64,000 nt of DNA. Origin: Catajapyx aquilonaris. Its lineage: Eukaryota. This document shows, piece after piece, positions 52,472 to 64,000 of the stretch. The stretch's first letter is position 1, and each line of letters starts with the position of its first letter. The position numbers were made by a program, and so were the translations under genes. Location of the stretch: the NCBI GenBank assembly GCA_000934665.2, contig JYFJ02000166.1:1-64000 (forward strand). Reading direction: 5' to 3'. The notes under the pieces are model-generated. The model was not told the DNA's origin, did no database searches, and saw nothing but the letters and a program-made list of their open reading frames with translations.

Positions 52472-55400
52472 GTGAGTAACCAAGCACCCATAGTGAAATT
52501 AACGCCTCAGTGCATGCCAATAGTGAAAAATCGTCTACACGAGGGAGAGATGTGGTGGTGAAGTTAGGGGGCTCTGGGGGAGAGAAAAGTGCCTCGTCCT
52601 TCGAAGGAAGGAACTAGCATCTCCAGGCCCTTTCAAGGCCAGCATTTCTGCACAGGTAAAACAAGCCAATTACAGACCTGCTCGTTAAAAAAGAGTAGGT
52701 GACCGCTGATGTCACCTTGCGAGATTCGGGTTATCGGAGCCGGCCCACAGGTCGTAAACCTTCTTCAGACGATAATGAAAATGCATGCATGTGAATGAAG
52801 GGGTTGCGCGGGGAATGGCCGCTGCACAATAAGAGAATCCCTTTGTAGGATTGCCGGCCATGTTAACTGAGGCGTGTGCTCATGGCCTGAACGGGAGTAC
52901 GGAATTGGAAGCAATGTCTGTGGGAAATATCAAGTGCGGTGTTAGTTTTGGGATGAGTTGAGCTGCTGCCTAGACCACAATCGCGCTCCCTAAGTGCGAC
53001 ATTATCAGTCTATTGCGGCGCGGCGTGGGGTTATTTGGTGTGCTTGCTTATGACCACAGTGCTATTGGAAACGAAGCCAAATGGGCGTAGAGCGTGAGGT
53101 CCCAATTCAACAGGTTATGAGTGATACGCTCCACTGCATCCACGTTAGAGAATGAGAGTGGGTGGGGTGGATTGGGGGAGGGGATGGGGTTAATTGTACG
53201 ATTGTATTCTTGTGCTTTCTCCAGGCACTGGCATGGAAATAGACGAGGAAGAATTAATTATGTCTATTAATGAGCTGATTACTTGTTTTCACTCTACAAG
53301 CAGATGAGAAGACGACTCGCAGGGGACAAGTGAAGTGTCGCTCTGATATTTTGAAAGTTTATATCGAGGAAGCTGAATTATTTTGAGAGACGTCTGCAGA
53401 CCCTTGAGTTAACTTGTATATGGCGACATAACCGCGTGAGAGGCTAATTTTTTATGAGAAATATTAGTTGGCAGGCCTGATTGCATTTCGACATGTACCT
53501 GTATCACCGAGCGACGATGACAGGTTGCTTTGGATGTAAACGTGTATATCGCATTCATACGCATTAGCTGTGGGAATGGTGTCAGTTTGATTGCAGATAT
53601 ACAGATCAATTCGGTGAATAGTGTTCAATCTCACAGTGACTTGCTATGCACGTAAACAGCTGGCTGATATGAATAGCATAAACGAAATAGACGTATAAAG
53701 CAAGGTCTATTCTGCTGGAACAGATTCTATATTTCCCATGTTTTTTATGGTGTAATTCCAGTCGCACAAGATTCCTCGTGCAGGGACACATAATAAATGA
53801 GAAGCAAGTTATTTATAACAACTATATGATTTTCACAATCGTGACACCTGTACTTTCGTAATGGTAATTGGAGTGCACAAACCTGCAAGTACACGGTACA
53901 ATAGTAGGATTTGTGCAATATAAGCCTGCCATTACTATATTAGCCAGGTCCACCCCGCTCGATTACCACTTAACGGAAATAATATCATTTCGCAGAATTT
54001 GTTGCACGTGAGTCACGTTATATGAGTCAGCGAGTGCGCTCTTGTCCTCTTATTTTATTTACTAGTAAGGGACTAGTGTCCTGATCTTAAAATATTGAAC
54101 CAGGACATCATGCTTAATTATTGATTAGCAAGGACTCGGCAGATGGGAGATTAGGGCCACGTTTCGAACCGTCTCACACCTACGTAGGTATACATAGTGT
54201 ATAGCGTAGGGGGCTGTAGAGTTTGTCATGCGCGCGGCAGTACCGAATTTCGATTTAGGTTTACACATGGAGAACATTAGAGAATGTGTGCGAATCGTAT
54301 GAAATGGAGGGGGGAGCTCTCGTGTTATGCAGCCTGAAGGAACGGTCGGATTTACCTTGAGCAGCTGATAAAATGAGGTGTAATCTGCCAAGTTTTTTAT
54401 CTGGGCGATAGTTCTTTGCAACGCGTTTAAGGCGATCTTGGCAATTAATAGTTGGTTATTGGGTTGTACGAGGAGGCGTACGTCAATCATTCCGTCATCT
54501 CGGCTCGGCGAACTTTTGAGTGTCAGGTGTGGCAAGTCTGGAGACGGTGCGGGCTTGAATAGGTGGCCCTCCCACCCACACCCCTTTCGCGGTTGTATAC
54601 GGCACCGGTTTTGACGACGGTCCGTGCACACTCGTATGGGCCGAATCGATGTGGCGAAAATCAGTGAATGCGGGCAGCTACATTGTCACTTGTTGGTATC
54701 CGCAGCCGAGCGCGTCCCCTTTTGCGTGCGGAGGAGGTCGCTACCGGGAATAATTATTATGCCTGTATGCACCGTAGACGTGGAGATGGTAGCGATGCTT
54801 AATGTCGTATTTACGACTGGGCTGTCGCGCATGATGGGTCTCGTTGCGTGAAGGGAAGCTGTTGATTTGCACCACTGCCGCAGCAGCAAGGTAAGAATTT
54901 TTTGAAGGCCTTTTCCAGCTCTTTGGATCGGGACGAACTTGCAATGGGCAGACATGTATACAGGTACGACGCCGGTTAATGGTATATATCCTCGGATTTG
55001 CGCATCCGTGATGGGGAGGTTGGGAATCAGAGCTGATGCAGGTTTCCGCGTTATGCAATTCGCATGTGTGGTAATCCTGGGAATAGCATACGGTTGGGTT
55101 ATGCAAGCATTTGCATAAAAAGCGTAATGTTTGATGAACATGTCATATCTCACCTACACTTTCAAGGATGTTTGTATGTTGGGATTTTCATGGCCACTCG
55201 TTGTGACAGTTTTTTCGCCTCGTCGACATGGAGAAGCTGCAGTCTGTCATTATAATTCACGTTGTTGTGGGGGGGAACAATTAGCAGCCGCCGACAGGTT
55301 ACACGATCCGACGAGATACACTCGTTCATGTTGGTCGCTAGCGAGCGAAGATTGAATTAAGATTTTCAAAAAAATGCAATTTTTTACAATCACACACTGC

Positions 55401-58400
55401 CTAGAAAGGACCCTTTTTTACCATCTGATTTTCTCCAGCGCAACGTTTGCAGTGTCTGTTCTCTTTTCCGAAGCTAATTTCTTTGCACCCTGCAGGTTAA
55501 CCGGTGACCCTTCAGATTCGGGGTGTTGGTGTTCCGGGTGATTAATACTCACATTCCCAGAGCCGTGACGGAGAAGCATGAAAGTTGACAGCGCCGTGGA
55601 CGTATGCGAGAGGCGATATTTTTCTATGCGTATCGTTGCCAACTTTTTGCATGGCATGTTTGAGTCAAGCGCGAGGAGGAGGAAGATTCACTTGGAAATC
55701 GGAGGCCCGCTGGTTATTTTGCGAGAGCTCCTGGGGGCTGGTCTGGAAACTTCCTTCGGGGCGGTAAATTTAGCCCGCTGTGGCATTTATATCGAGAATG
55801 CTCGCTGACGGCTGATGGGGGGAGGGGGGGGGGAGGAAGACCGGGGAGGTTTTTTTGGGTGGGGGTGGAAAGAAACCGATCTGGGCGGGGCTGCGGACCA
55901 AAAGACTTCGGATCCATTCCTGCGGACCACTGCTCCTCTTGTGTCGCATGCTCCCACCGAGCATTATTTAGGAGTTTGGCCCGTGGGATCTGTCGGTGTG
56001 ACCGAGCCAGGCCATATATCCGAGGGGCAAGAAAGCTTGCGCTCGCGACCAGAAACAAAAGCGTTCGGGGCCGGCTGAGAAGATTCATGCTGTCACCCGA
56101 CTCTCCGCTTGTGGGGAAGACAAATGTCAAACGTCACTTTCGCGATAGGTGACTTCCAAGTTGGCCGCCTAATGTATTACGGGTCGGGATTGAGTCATGG
56201 CGGGGGACAAGTTTATTTGGGTCAGTAGTAGACACCCGTTACTCGGGACAGGACCCTCGCTGCGTACTCCTTAGCGTTATGGTATTGTTGTCGATGAAGC
56301 TCCCGTACTGTGCGAGGAATTTGCTCAGGTGCCAATGTCGTAAATTGAGAGGAGAGTTCGCACTCTTGGTGACCAATTTTGGTACCAGCGCAGGTTATCC
56401 GATTGAGCAATGCGTGGATAACCCTCGTCGTATCATCTGGGGAACAACTGATTAAGTGGGCTGGTCTGCAATAAGAGCAGTGATAAGAATACCGCGTAAT
56501 CTTAATTTCTTTGCGTGGGGGTAATTCGTACGGACGAGTTGTGAAACGCGCAAGATTATTTCTCAAGGATGATTAGCGTTTTGCGCTATTAGAAGGAAAG
56601 AAGCCTTGAAAGCAATTCTGCATATATAGGACGCGGGAAGTACACAGGTGTGCAGATGACAGATACAGAACAGTTGGCTCATTCCCACGTGCCAGAAACA
56701 CTCATTGACACATAACAGCGGTATTGCGCTTTGAGGTAAACTGTGCGCTGCCAATTGGTTATTATTAGGAAAGAAGAGTGGCGCTTTGCAACGTTTATGC
56801 AATTAAAATATTGTTGTCGCCGCATTGCACACCTAGATATTAAAAGTAGGGCCTCGAAAGCCAACGATAGCTTGATTAATATTCAATATGAGGGGGTAAA
56901 AATTGGTATCGTGCATGTAGGGCGGCGTGAGTGCCACAGGGGCAGCGTCAGGGGTGATCATACCGCAACAGTTATGGTGGTGGGTCGAGGTATAGATTTC
57001 CCTTGTTTATGGGCTGGACCCCTATGGAGCAGTGACGCAGCCCACTTGTCGGGTCTAGTTTGGCTTTCAAATTGGACTGGCAAAGGCGTAAAGCACCGCT
57101 CTCTGCTCATCCGACATTGATCCGCGGAAAAGTTGGCTCTATGCTGCCTGTTATTTTTGACTCTTCTTGGCGGATTTCGCTTCTATTTGTGGAAGTGCCA
57201 GTATCACCCCATATGCTTTCGAATTCCGCATAGGCGAGGACGTCGCGAGCAGGGATCCTGTTCCATCGTTATGATTTCTATTTTTACATTGTTGCACGGG
57301 GAGAATGAGAGGGCTGCCACTATATGCACCGAGGCAATAAGGTGGGGGGTCTCCAATAGACTTTGGTTCGACCTGAGAGGGCTTCGTGTTTCTTTCGTCA
57401 TAATGAAGATTCTATTGCCTCGAACTTTTGGACCGTATATACTCTTCTTTTGGCACGCAGTTTTAATTGACCAATACGAACTGAATGACGAGATTTTTTT
57501 TAAAGCGCCATTCCAGGGGAATGTACGACGAATGTGTGATGTGGAATGTAGTTTTATCCAGTGCCTCATCTCTTTCTTTTCCTCTTTTTTTTTTAAACTG
57601 GTGGTACATCCAGTCTCTGAACAGGCTTTGTTGCTGCAAGGAGGGTGTATGGTGGTGGTTGTGTTGGGAGGGTGGAAGGAGGTTATGCAGCTTGTAGCAG
57701 AATAAATTACAGGATGTTAAGGGCCACGAATGAGTGGCTAAACGGAAAAGCAAGTGCCTCTGGTTTGCTGGTCAGAATGTTTTGCTAGGGTGGTAATGGT
57801 TGCGCGTGGAACACACAGCGGGCTGTAACAATGTGCGTCCAAGAATGTTATGTACCATGTTGTTATTCCTAATAGCGAAAACCCGATGTGTTTACAATAG
57901 TATTAGATCAGACCTTTGCACAAAAGAAGTGTCAGGCGATTGCCAGTGCTATACTTGAGCATATCTTTGCGCACTATACGGTATAATTATTTCCTACGTA
58001 AGAAGCTATTACTCTGGTCGTGTAAAGTCATAGAAGGAAGTGCAATGGGCATACTTCGATGTACCCAACGGAAACCTGTAATTGCAGCAGCCGAACGGCT
58101 GTGACATGTTAATTTTACACCGTTACGTTCGTTATATTTATTGTTTTTGACCGCGCTGCAACACAATAAAAACGCTTGCATTCCCTAGTTTCCGTAATTT
58201 GCACCACCGGGCCTGATTTTGCAATTCCGCTGTGCATGACGTTTTTAACCCCGGAGCAGTGAACGTAATGACAGAACGCTGAACGACATCACTGTAGCAG
58301 CCGAGGCCGAAATTAAAACAAGAGGAAATGTAGCCACGTCCGGGAAGCATTCTCGTGATGCTTGCCGTATAGAGCTTGCACAGTACCGTAAATTCATTAA

Positions 58401-61400
58401 TCCGCGCACATTATAGCCTGCAGAAAGATTGTGTACATACCTGGCAAAAGTTTTTATTGCAGGTGGGCTACAGAGGCGCAGCATAGGCAAAAGGGGAGGG
58501 AAGGGGGAGGAGTAGTCCACGCCATCATCAGTGCCCGGGTATTGTGCCTGTATAGCATATGGTGCATATTGCCAGGAGGGGTTGGGCAGCGTGGAATTGG
58601 AGGGGTGGGGAGGGGGCAATCTGCATGTGAGGGGCACAAAGCTATATGGAGGATGCTGTGGAAATGTCAGCGGCAGGCTCCGTCACGAGAGAACGGCCCG
58701 CACTCTTTTTTTCGGGGAATATATTTTTTTTTCGCAGAGTTGCAGGAGAGGGGGCCTGGGCGCGAAAAGCATCCCGCGAAAAGGGCGGCGGTGTGCGGTG
58801 GTGGTGGCATTGCGCTCATTTCAAAACAAGGGGCTTTGCAGCCGACGCCCCGGCTCACCCCGGGGTTTCAATTTATTCTGACGTGGAAGGTGTTTCAGCA
58901 CGTTACTTTTGATCCCCACAAAGCCGCTCCGCATACAACTCGGGCGAGGATTGTGTCAGCAGAGGTGGTCGAGGAAGGTGTCCACCAAGAGGACGACATC
59001 ACATTCCTGCCGGTCGCAGCCTTTCCAATCAATCGCACGCTCCGACCCTCGCCCGTCCATTAATTTTTGCGGCTGAGAGCAGCGCGATGGTAATTACGGA
59101 AAAGGCAATTTTTACGCCCCGTTCAGTGTTAGTCAAACCGGGCGTAAATATTTACTGAAAAGTGGGGCTGTCATTAACGCTGGAAATCCCAGACGTGCTA
59201 ATGCAGCGGTCGAGCATATGCTGCGGCGGTGGGTACATATGTACAGAGATGCTGCTCCCGAGGGACTCTGCCACGGGGTGGACACCAGGCTGGGGAGGGA
59301 AAATTACCGGGTTTAGGATCATCCGGATTGTGAATTTTCTTGATTCTCTATATGAATTACACCTTCCCAGGTGTAATCGCGTCAGGTGGATAGCAGTTTT
59401 AAATTAGTACGAGGAGGGGAAAAAAAGATGCTGTAGTGTTTTTATTGGGGGGGGGGGGGGGNGGGGGCTCCGGCGACGACGTGCACACCTTGGTTTTCTT
59501 GCTCGCAAGAGCCTGCTGGAATTAAGTGGGAGATTGCTTAATGGCTTCTGGGCGCTCCTTCCAATCCCTTGTCCACAGATGCCTCCGCGTGATAAAGTCT
59601 CTCGAGGGGGTTTTCCAGACCCGCCCTCCTGTCTGCCCAGCGACTATCTCCGTCCACATGGTTTTGCAGGAGACTCATGGACCTGCTGGAGGATCTGCAT
59701 AGGGTTAGATGCTACCCCCCTATGTAACAGTTGTTGGATTAACTCGGGCCGAAAACCTGCTGGTGGTAGCCAACCTGCAGTGCTGCTGGTTGCAACTACT
59801 TTATGACTGTGTTGAAGACGCAAAACAATGCTTTGCTGATACGAGACCACCAGAGGACACACAGAGAACGACTTGCTCCGTCACAGTCTGGTAGGAACAA
59901 GCAGCGTGACAAATTGAACATGATGTCCCTGACCTTATGATTATGCATTCTTCCAAATTAATTCGTGCACGTCATCTATTGAATGGGAACAATGAACGAG
60001 AGACGTAAAAGTATACCGGTATTTTAATTATCTCTGCGCCATATTATGGCACGTGGTATGTCGCCCAGTTTATAATGTCAGGAGAGATACGTATACACTA
60101 TACATATACAGTATAATGGAAAGGGGGATGGGGGGAAAGTGTATAACATTTCAATGCTGATTTTACCACACAGGGTGATGTAGATTAACTTGAATGTTAT
60201 TGTCTCAAGACCGCTGGAAATAATATCTGATGCGTGTATTTATTGCAACCCAGACTTTTCAGGTGCAAGCAATAATTATGTGCATTGTTTGCTGGAATTG
60301 CATTATGGAATGCTTTACCATTCATGTAGCTTGTGGCTTTCGAGGTGACTTTCGAAAATGTTCTAAAAAGTCACTATTATTAAGGAACAGTTTTTTCTGC
60401 AGGTGTAAAAAATGTCTAAAATAAGCACCAAATGACGAACAACATCAAATATATATATGAGCATCAGTTTAATGCTTCGTTCACGATCAACATATTCCCC
60501 AGTCCCGTATATACACGATAACTGAAAATGGTATGAGATGTTATAAACTGAAACTATTGATATTTTGACAATAACCACTCTGAGAAGATATTTCGGAATA
60601 AATTGTCGTGATTTTCTCTCTCTTTCAAAGCGACCACACATAGTAGAGATAAAAAAAATATGGCCAGAGACCTTCCGATCACCCTGTACCTACTCATTAT
60701 GGGAAGGGATATATCCCATCTCCGCCAAAGTGGTCGCAAAACATAATATTCAAGGAGGTCTGTGTCCGCCTCCCAGTTACGGGCTTCTCCCGGAACGCCT
60801 GCTTGCCCTGGGGCCAATACCCAGATGTCTGTTCTTGGATGTTCTGACAAAGGTCCAGATATTATCGAAAATACGGCCGTCGATATGACGCTATGATTTA
60901 TGGCATACCCTGGCTATTATTTCCATATCTAATGTTGATTTTATCGGAAATAACTGTTCCAGGTATTTTGAACAGTTTGTGCTGTAATGATGGTCCTACC
61001 CAGTGTACCAGTTTCGGTGAATGTTGTACTATCGGACGTTAAGAACTTTTACATAATTTAGCTCTCAATGTAAACGTGTACCGTCCATATCCCAGAATTC
61101 TTCGGACTGCAATGTCACACATGGCAATGCATGTCCAGTACGAGGCCCATGGCGAGAGTATTTGCAGAGCAAAGGTTTCGGGGGTGCTATATCCGTCCGT
61201 AAATCTCCGGTAAAGCGGCAGCCAAGCGTAGATAATGCACCACACATGCAATCAAATTTCCCTCATTAAAGATGACCCCAAGAATGGAGAGTGACGGGGA
61301 GGAAAACGAGTGTCGGGCGAGAATCGATGGCCGGACCAACGCAGTCCGTAATAGGAGAGATGATAAAGTACCGTGCACGGCGGGACGCCACGTGCTTTCT

Positions 61401-64000
61401 CAAACTGATGGTTTACGTTGGCCGATCACGTGTGGATATCCATTCTTACCCACCTCACCTCTCCCCTCACCCCCTGCGGTTTATTTTATTCGCCACATAT
61501 CTAAACTGCATTACTCGTACTTTGCATTGCACATGGCTGGCAAAGGACTCCATGCGGTGCTCATTAGGTCCACAGTGACAGTCAAGGTCCTGATTACCTC
61601 GGAATAAATTGAAATTTTTGCGAATAAGTAACCGGTGCGTGCATATAAGGGCGGAACATGGCGACTGGCGGTAGTACAGGTGTCGTCGAAGACAATCCCA
61701 ATTTGCTAATAATAAGGCGGCTGAAAAGTATTGCGAAATACAAGTTTGCCTCTCCTTTTTTCTCTTGACCGATGTGTCAGTGTTTCCGCAGTTACCTGCC
61801 AGATCTATAGAAAGCGTGAAAACGCTACCTTTATTACAAATTTTACAGAAAGGGTCAAGTCCAACGGTGTAGCATCCGGCAGTTGACCTGTTTAAAGCTA
61901 CCTCTTTTGATGCCGTGTCCTTTTAGATACTTTGACCTACTCTCTGACCCACACTCTAAAATAGGTTAGGTCTTAATAGATTGGCTGGCACCTTGGAGTG
62001 GTCCGAACAAGGAGCCTTCGATGGAAAGGGAACGTTTTCACTTGTCAATGTACAAAGGTGATTGGGGGGGGGAGGTGTGGGAGGACGAGGGATCGGGGTT
62101 GGGGGGAGGTGGAGAGTGTTGGAGCAGCGAAGGCGCTTGGGAATCCAGGTTAAGATTATTCCTGGACCATGGGGAGGACGCGAGGGTAGGACCGAAGCGA
62201 AAGGTGGAGGTGGTGGTGGAGGATGAGAGGAGGTGGTGGCCAGAGAAGGAAAACAGGGAGGGATTTCAGGTTTGGTGTGCCCGGGGCCATGGAACAGTTT
62301 TCACGCACGCAGTGCAGAGGCCGTTCGGGAAAATCGGATGATTTCTTCGAGACCGCGCCACGGAGCTGACCTTGGCGTCTGTGATGTGCTATGCACTGAG
62401 AAAGAAAAGGGACCCTGTCCTTTTTTTAAAAAAAATGAGAAGCGTTTCTTCACAGGCTTTTCAACATTGCGATGTGCTCGAGAGTATGCTGGAGAAATGC
62501 GGATGTTACGTATAGCAAGCATTACATTACATTATTCGTAAAATCTGTTGCTTGTAGACTTACTATGGAGATGTTGCTATGCCCATCATGCGGAATCCAA
62601 AAATGCAGCTGCAGAGCCCGAATTGATAGGGAAGGATGATAGATAAATATGAAGTTAGGAGATGCACAGGTGTGCATCAATAAATTAGGACTTTTGGGGT
62701 CGAAGGGTTGTACTAAAAATAACGCTTTAAACGACATGGGACTGAATGGCAGAAGAACATTGCATTATCCGTGAGCAGGATTTATAATCAGTCCCTGGTC
62801 ATACACGTCTGGTCATACATGTATTTTTTTCAGTACCAAACGAAAGTTACGAGCCTGCGAGGCAAGTGAAAAACACCATTGGAACTTTCGTCTGCCATAA
62901 ATGCTTTGTCTTTTGCGGCTGCGTTGCCCACCGAGCAGGATTTCTCTCCTCCGCCTGACCTTGACTTAGGCCTTGTGGAGTCTGTAGATGCAATCGTTTT
63001 AATATCCAGACCCCCCTCCACCTCAAAAAAGGGACACCTGTTCCTTCGCCACCTTGTAGAGATTAAAGCTTTACACTCTGTGAGCTGTATTTTCTCACTA
63101 GGTTATCAGTAATTTTGTTGGCGTTAATTAAACCTCTATCCTTTGCGCTCCCGTAGGTTGTTGGCAGGCGAATGTTGATTTGATTAAGGTTCGAGCCACC
63201 GATTGATGTAGACGGCGAGGCGTAGGTTTTTGCCGGCAAATTAGCCAGTTATTATATTATAAGCAGCTGCGGTTATTTTTATGCTGATCGGAATTTGTAA
63301 TCCCCTTAATTGGGTATGTAACATGGCAGCTGCTGATCGCAAGGTATAAGAAAGTACTGCAGAAAGGAAAGTTTCGTCTACAGTAGCTGTAGAGTTCAGT
63401 CGACCAGGTATCAGCGCATTTTTTTTTTATATTTAAAAAAATTTGCATGCGAGTTATAATGAAGATAGGGCACTGCTGATTGTCATCTACCGTCAGTGTT
63501 GCAACAGGGCATGGTTTCAGTACGTTCCAGAGCTGTGGTATAGTTTATCGTTTACACTGCACGAGTTTGAGCAAATATGATGGATATCAAAAGGGCGTAA
63601 AGTTAATTTGCGCCTGAACACTTACATTGTGGAGCGTACACCCGTGATGGCGAGTAATTTACTCGTGATAAGTGGTCAGCGGGGAAGACTTTTTTTTTGC
63701 TTTTTGTTTTGGGGATTGAGGACGGATGACTGATTGCCTTTATGTGTCGAGTTGGGGACACGCATAACTCGACGTTTCACGTGCTGCAGTTTCGAGGTGC
63801 TATATATTTTCGGACGGCAAGTAGGTGACTTTATCTGCATTAATATCCCGATGTTATCACCTTGCCCTACTCTTCACTTTAATTGCATGTGCTCAGCACT
63901 TGGGTGCCTCTATAACAGTGCGAAGAGAGAGCAATGTAAGAACTGTTGTGTTTTATACACTGTTAGAATATGTTCTGATGCCTTAGCGGAGTTTTCTTTT

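Noticed and set aside
54148..54166. ttagggccacgtt resembling part of a pistol ribozyme
   Set aside because: The complementary upstream strand and the downstream pseudoknot partner are absent.
57133..59063. 190-aa and 210-aa ORFs in the right flank
   Set aside because: Non-ATG starts, no recognisable domains or clear exon boundaries; consistent with chance ORFs in GC-richer intronic DNA.

Overview
Eukaryotic genomic DNA with GT-AG spliced genes, most likely from an arthropod (inferred from protein sequences, TCAGT-type initiators and TA-CAGGGTG transposon ends). No prokaryotic features or CRISPR arrays were seen. The centre holds four complete intron-containing genes in alternating orientation: PIGV (+, 15046-16999), polo/PLK1 (-, 17833-22730), PINX1 (+, 23703-35125) and an LC3-type ATG8 (-, 35758-36365). 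The flanks (1-14.6 kb and 41-64 kb) carry no recognisable coding sequence and look like long introns or regulatory DNA of genes that extend outside the window; the left flank is strongly enriched in TGACGTCA (CRE) sites. The PINX1 introns are packed with nested non-autonomous DNA transposons. Two observations stand out. (1) Two different hAT-like elements have each inserted at the same offset (8-bp target at positions 14-21 from the terminus) inside the right TIR of two different pogo/Tigger-like elements. (2) A 132-nt insert between 13-bp direct repeats can fold into a box C/D K-turn closing a junction with complementary (kissing) loops. All calls were made by eye; no searches or folding programs were run.
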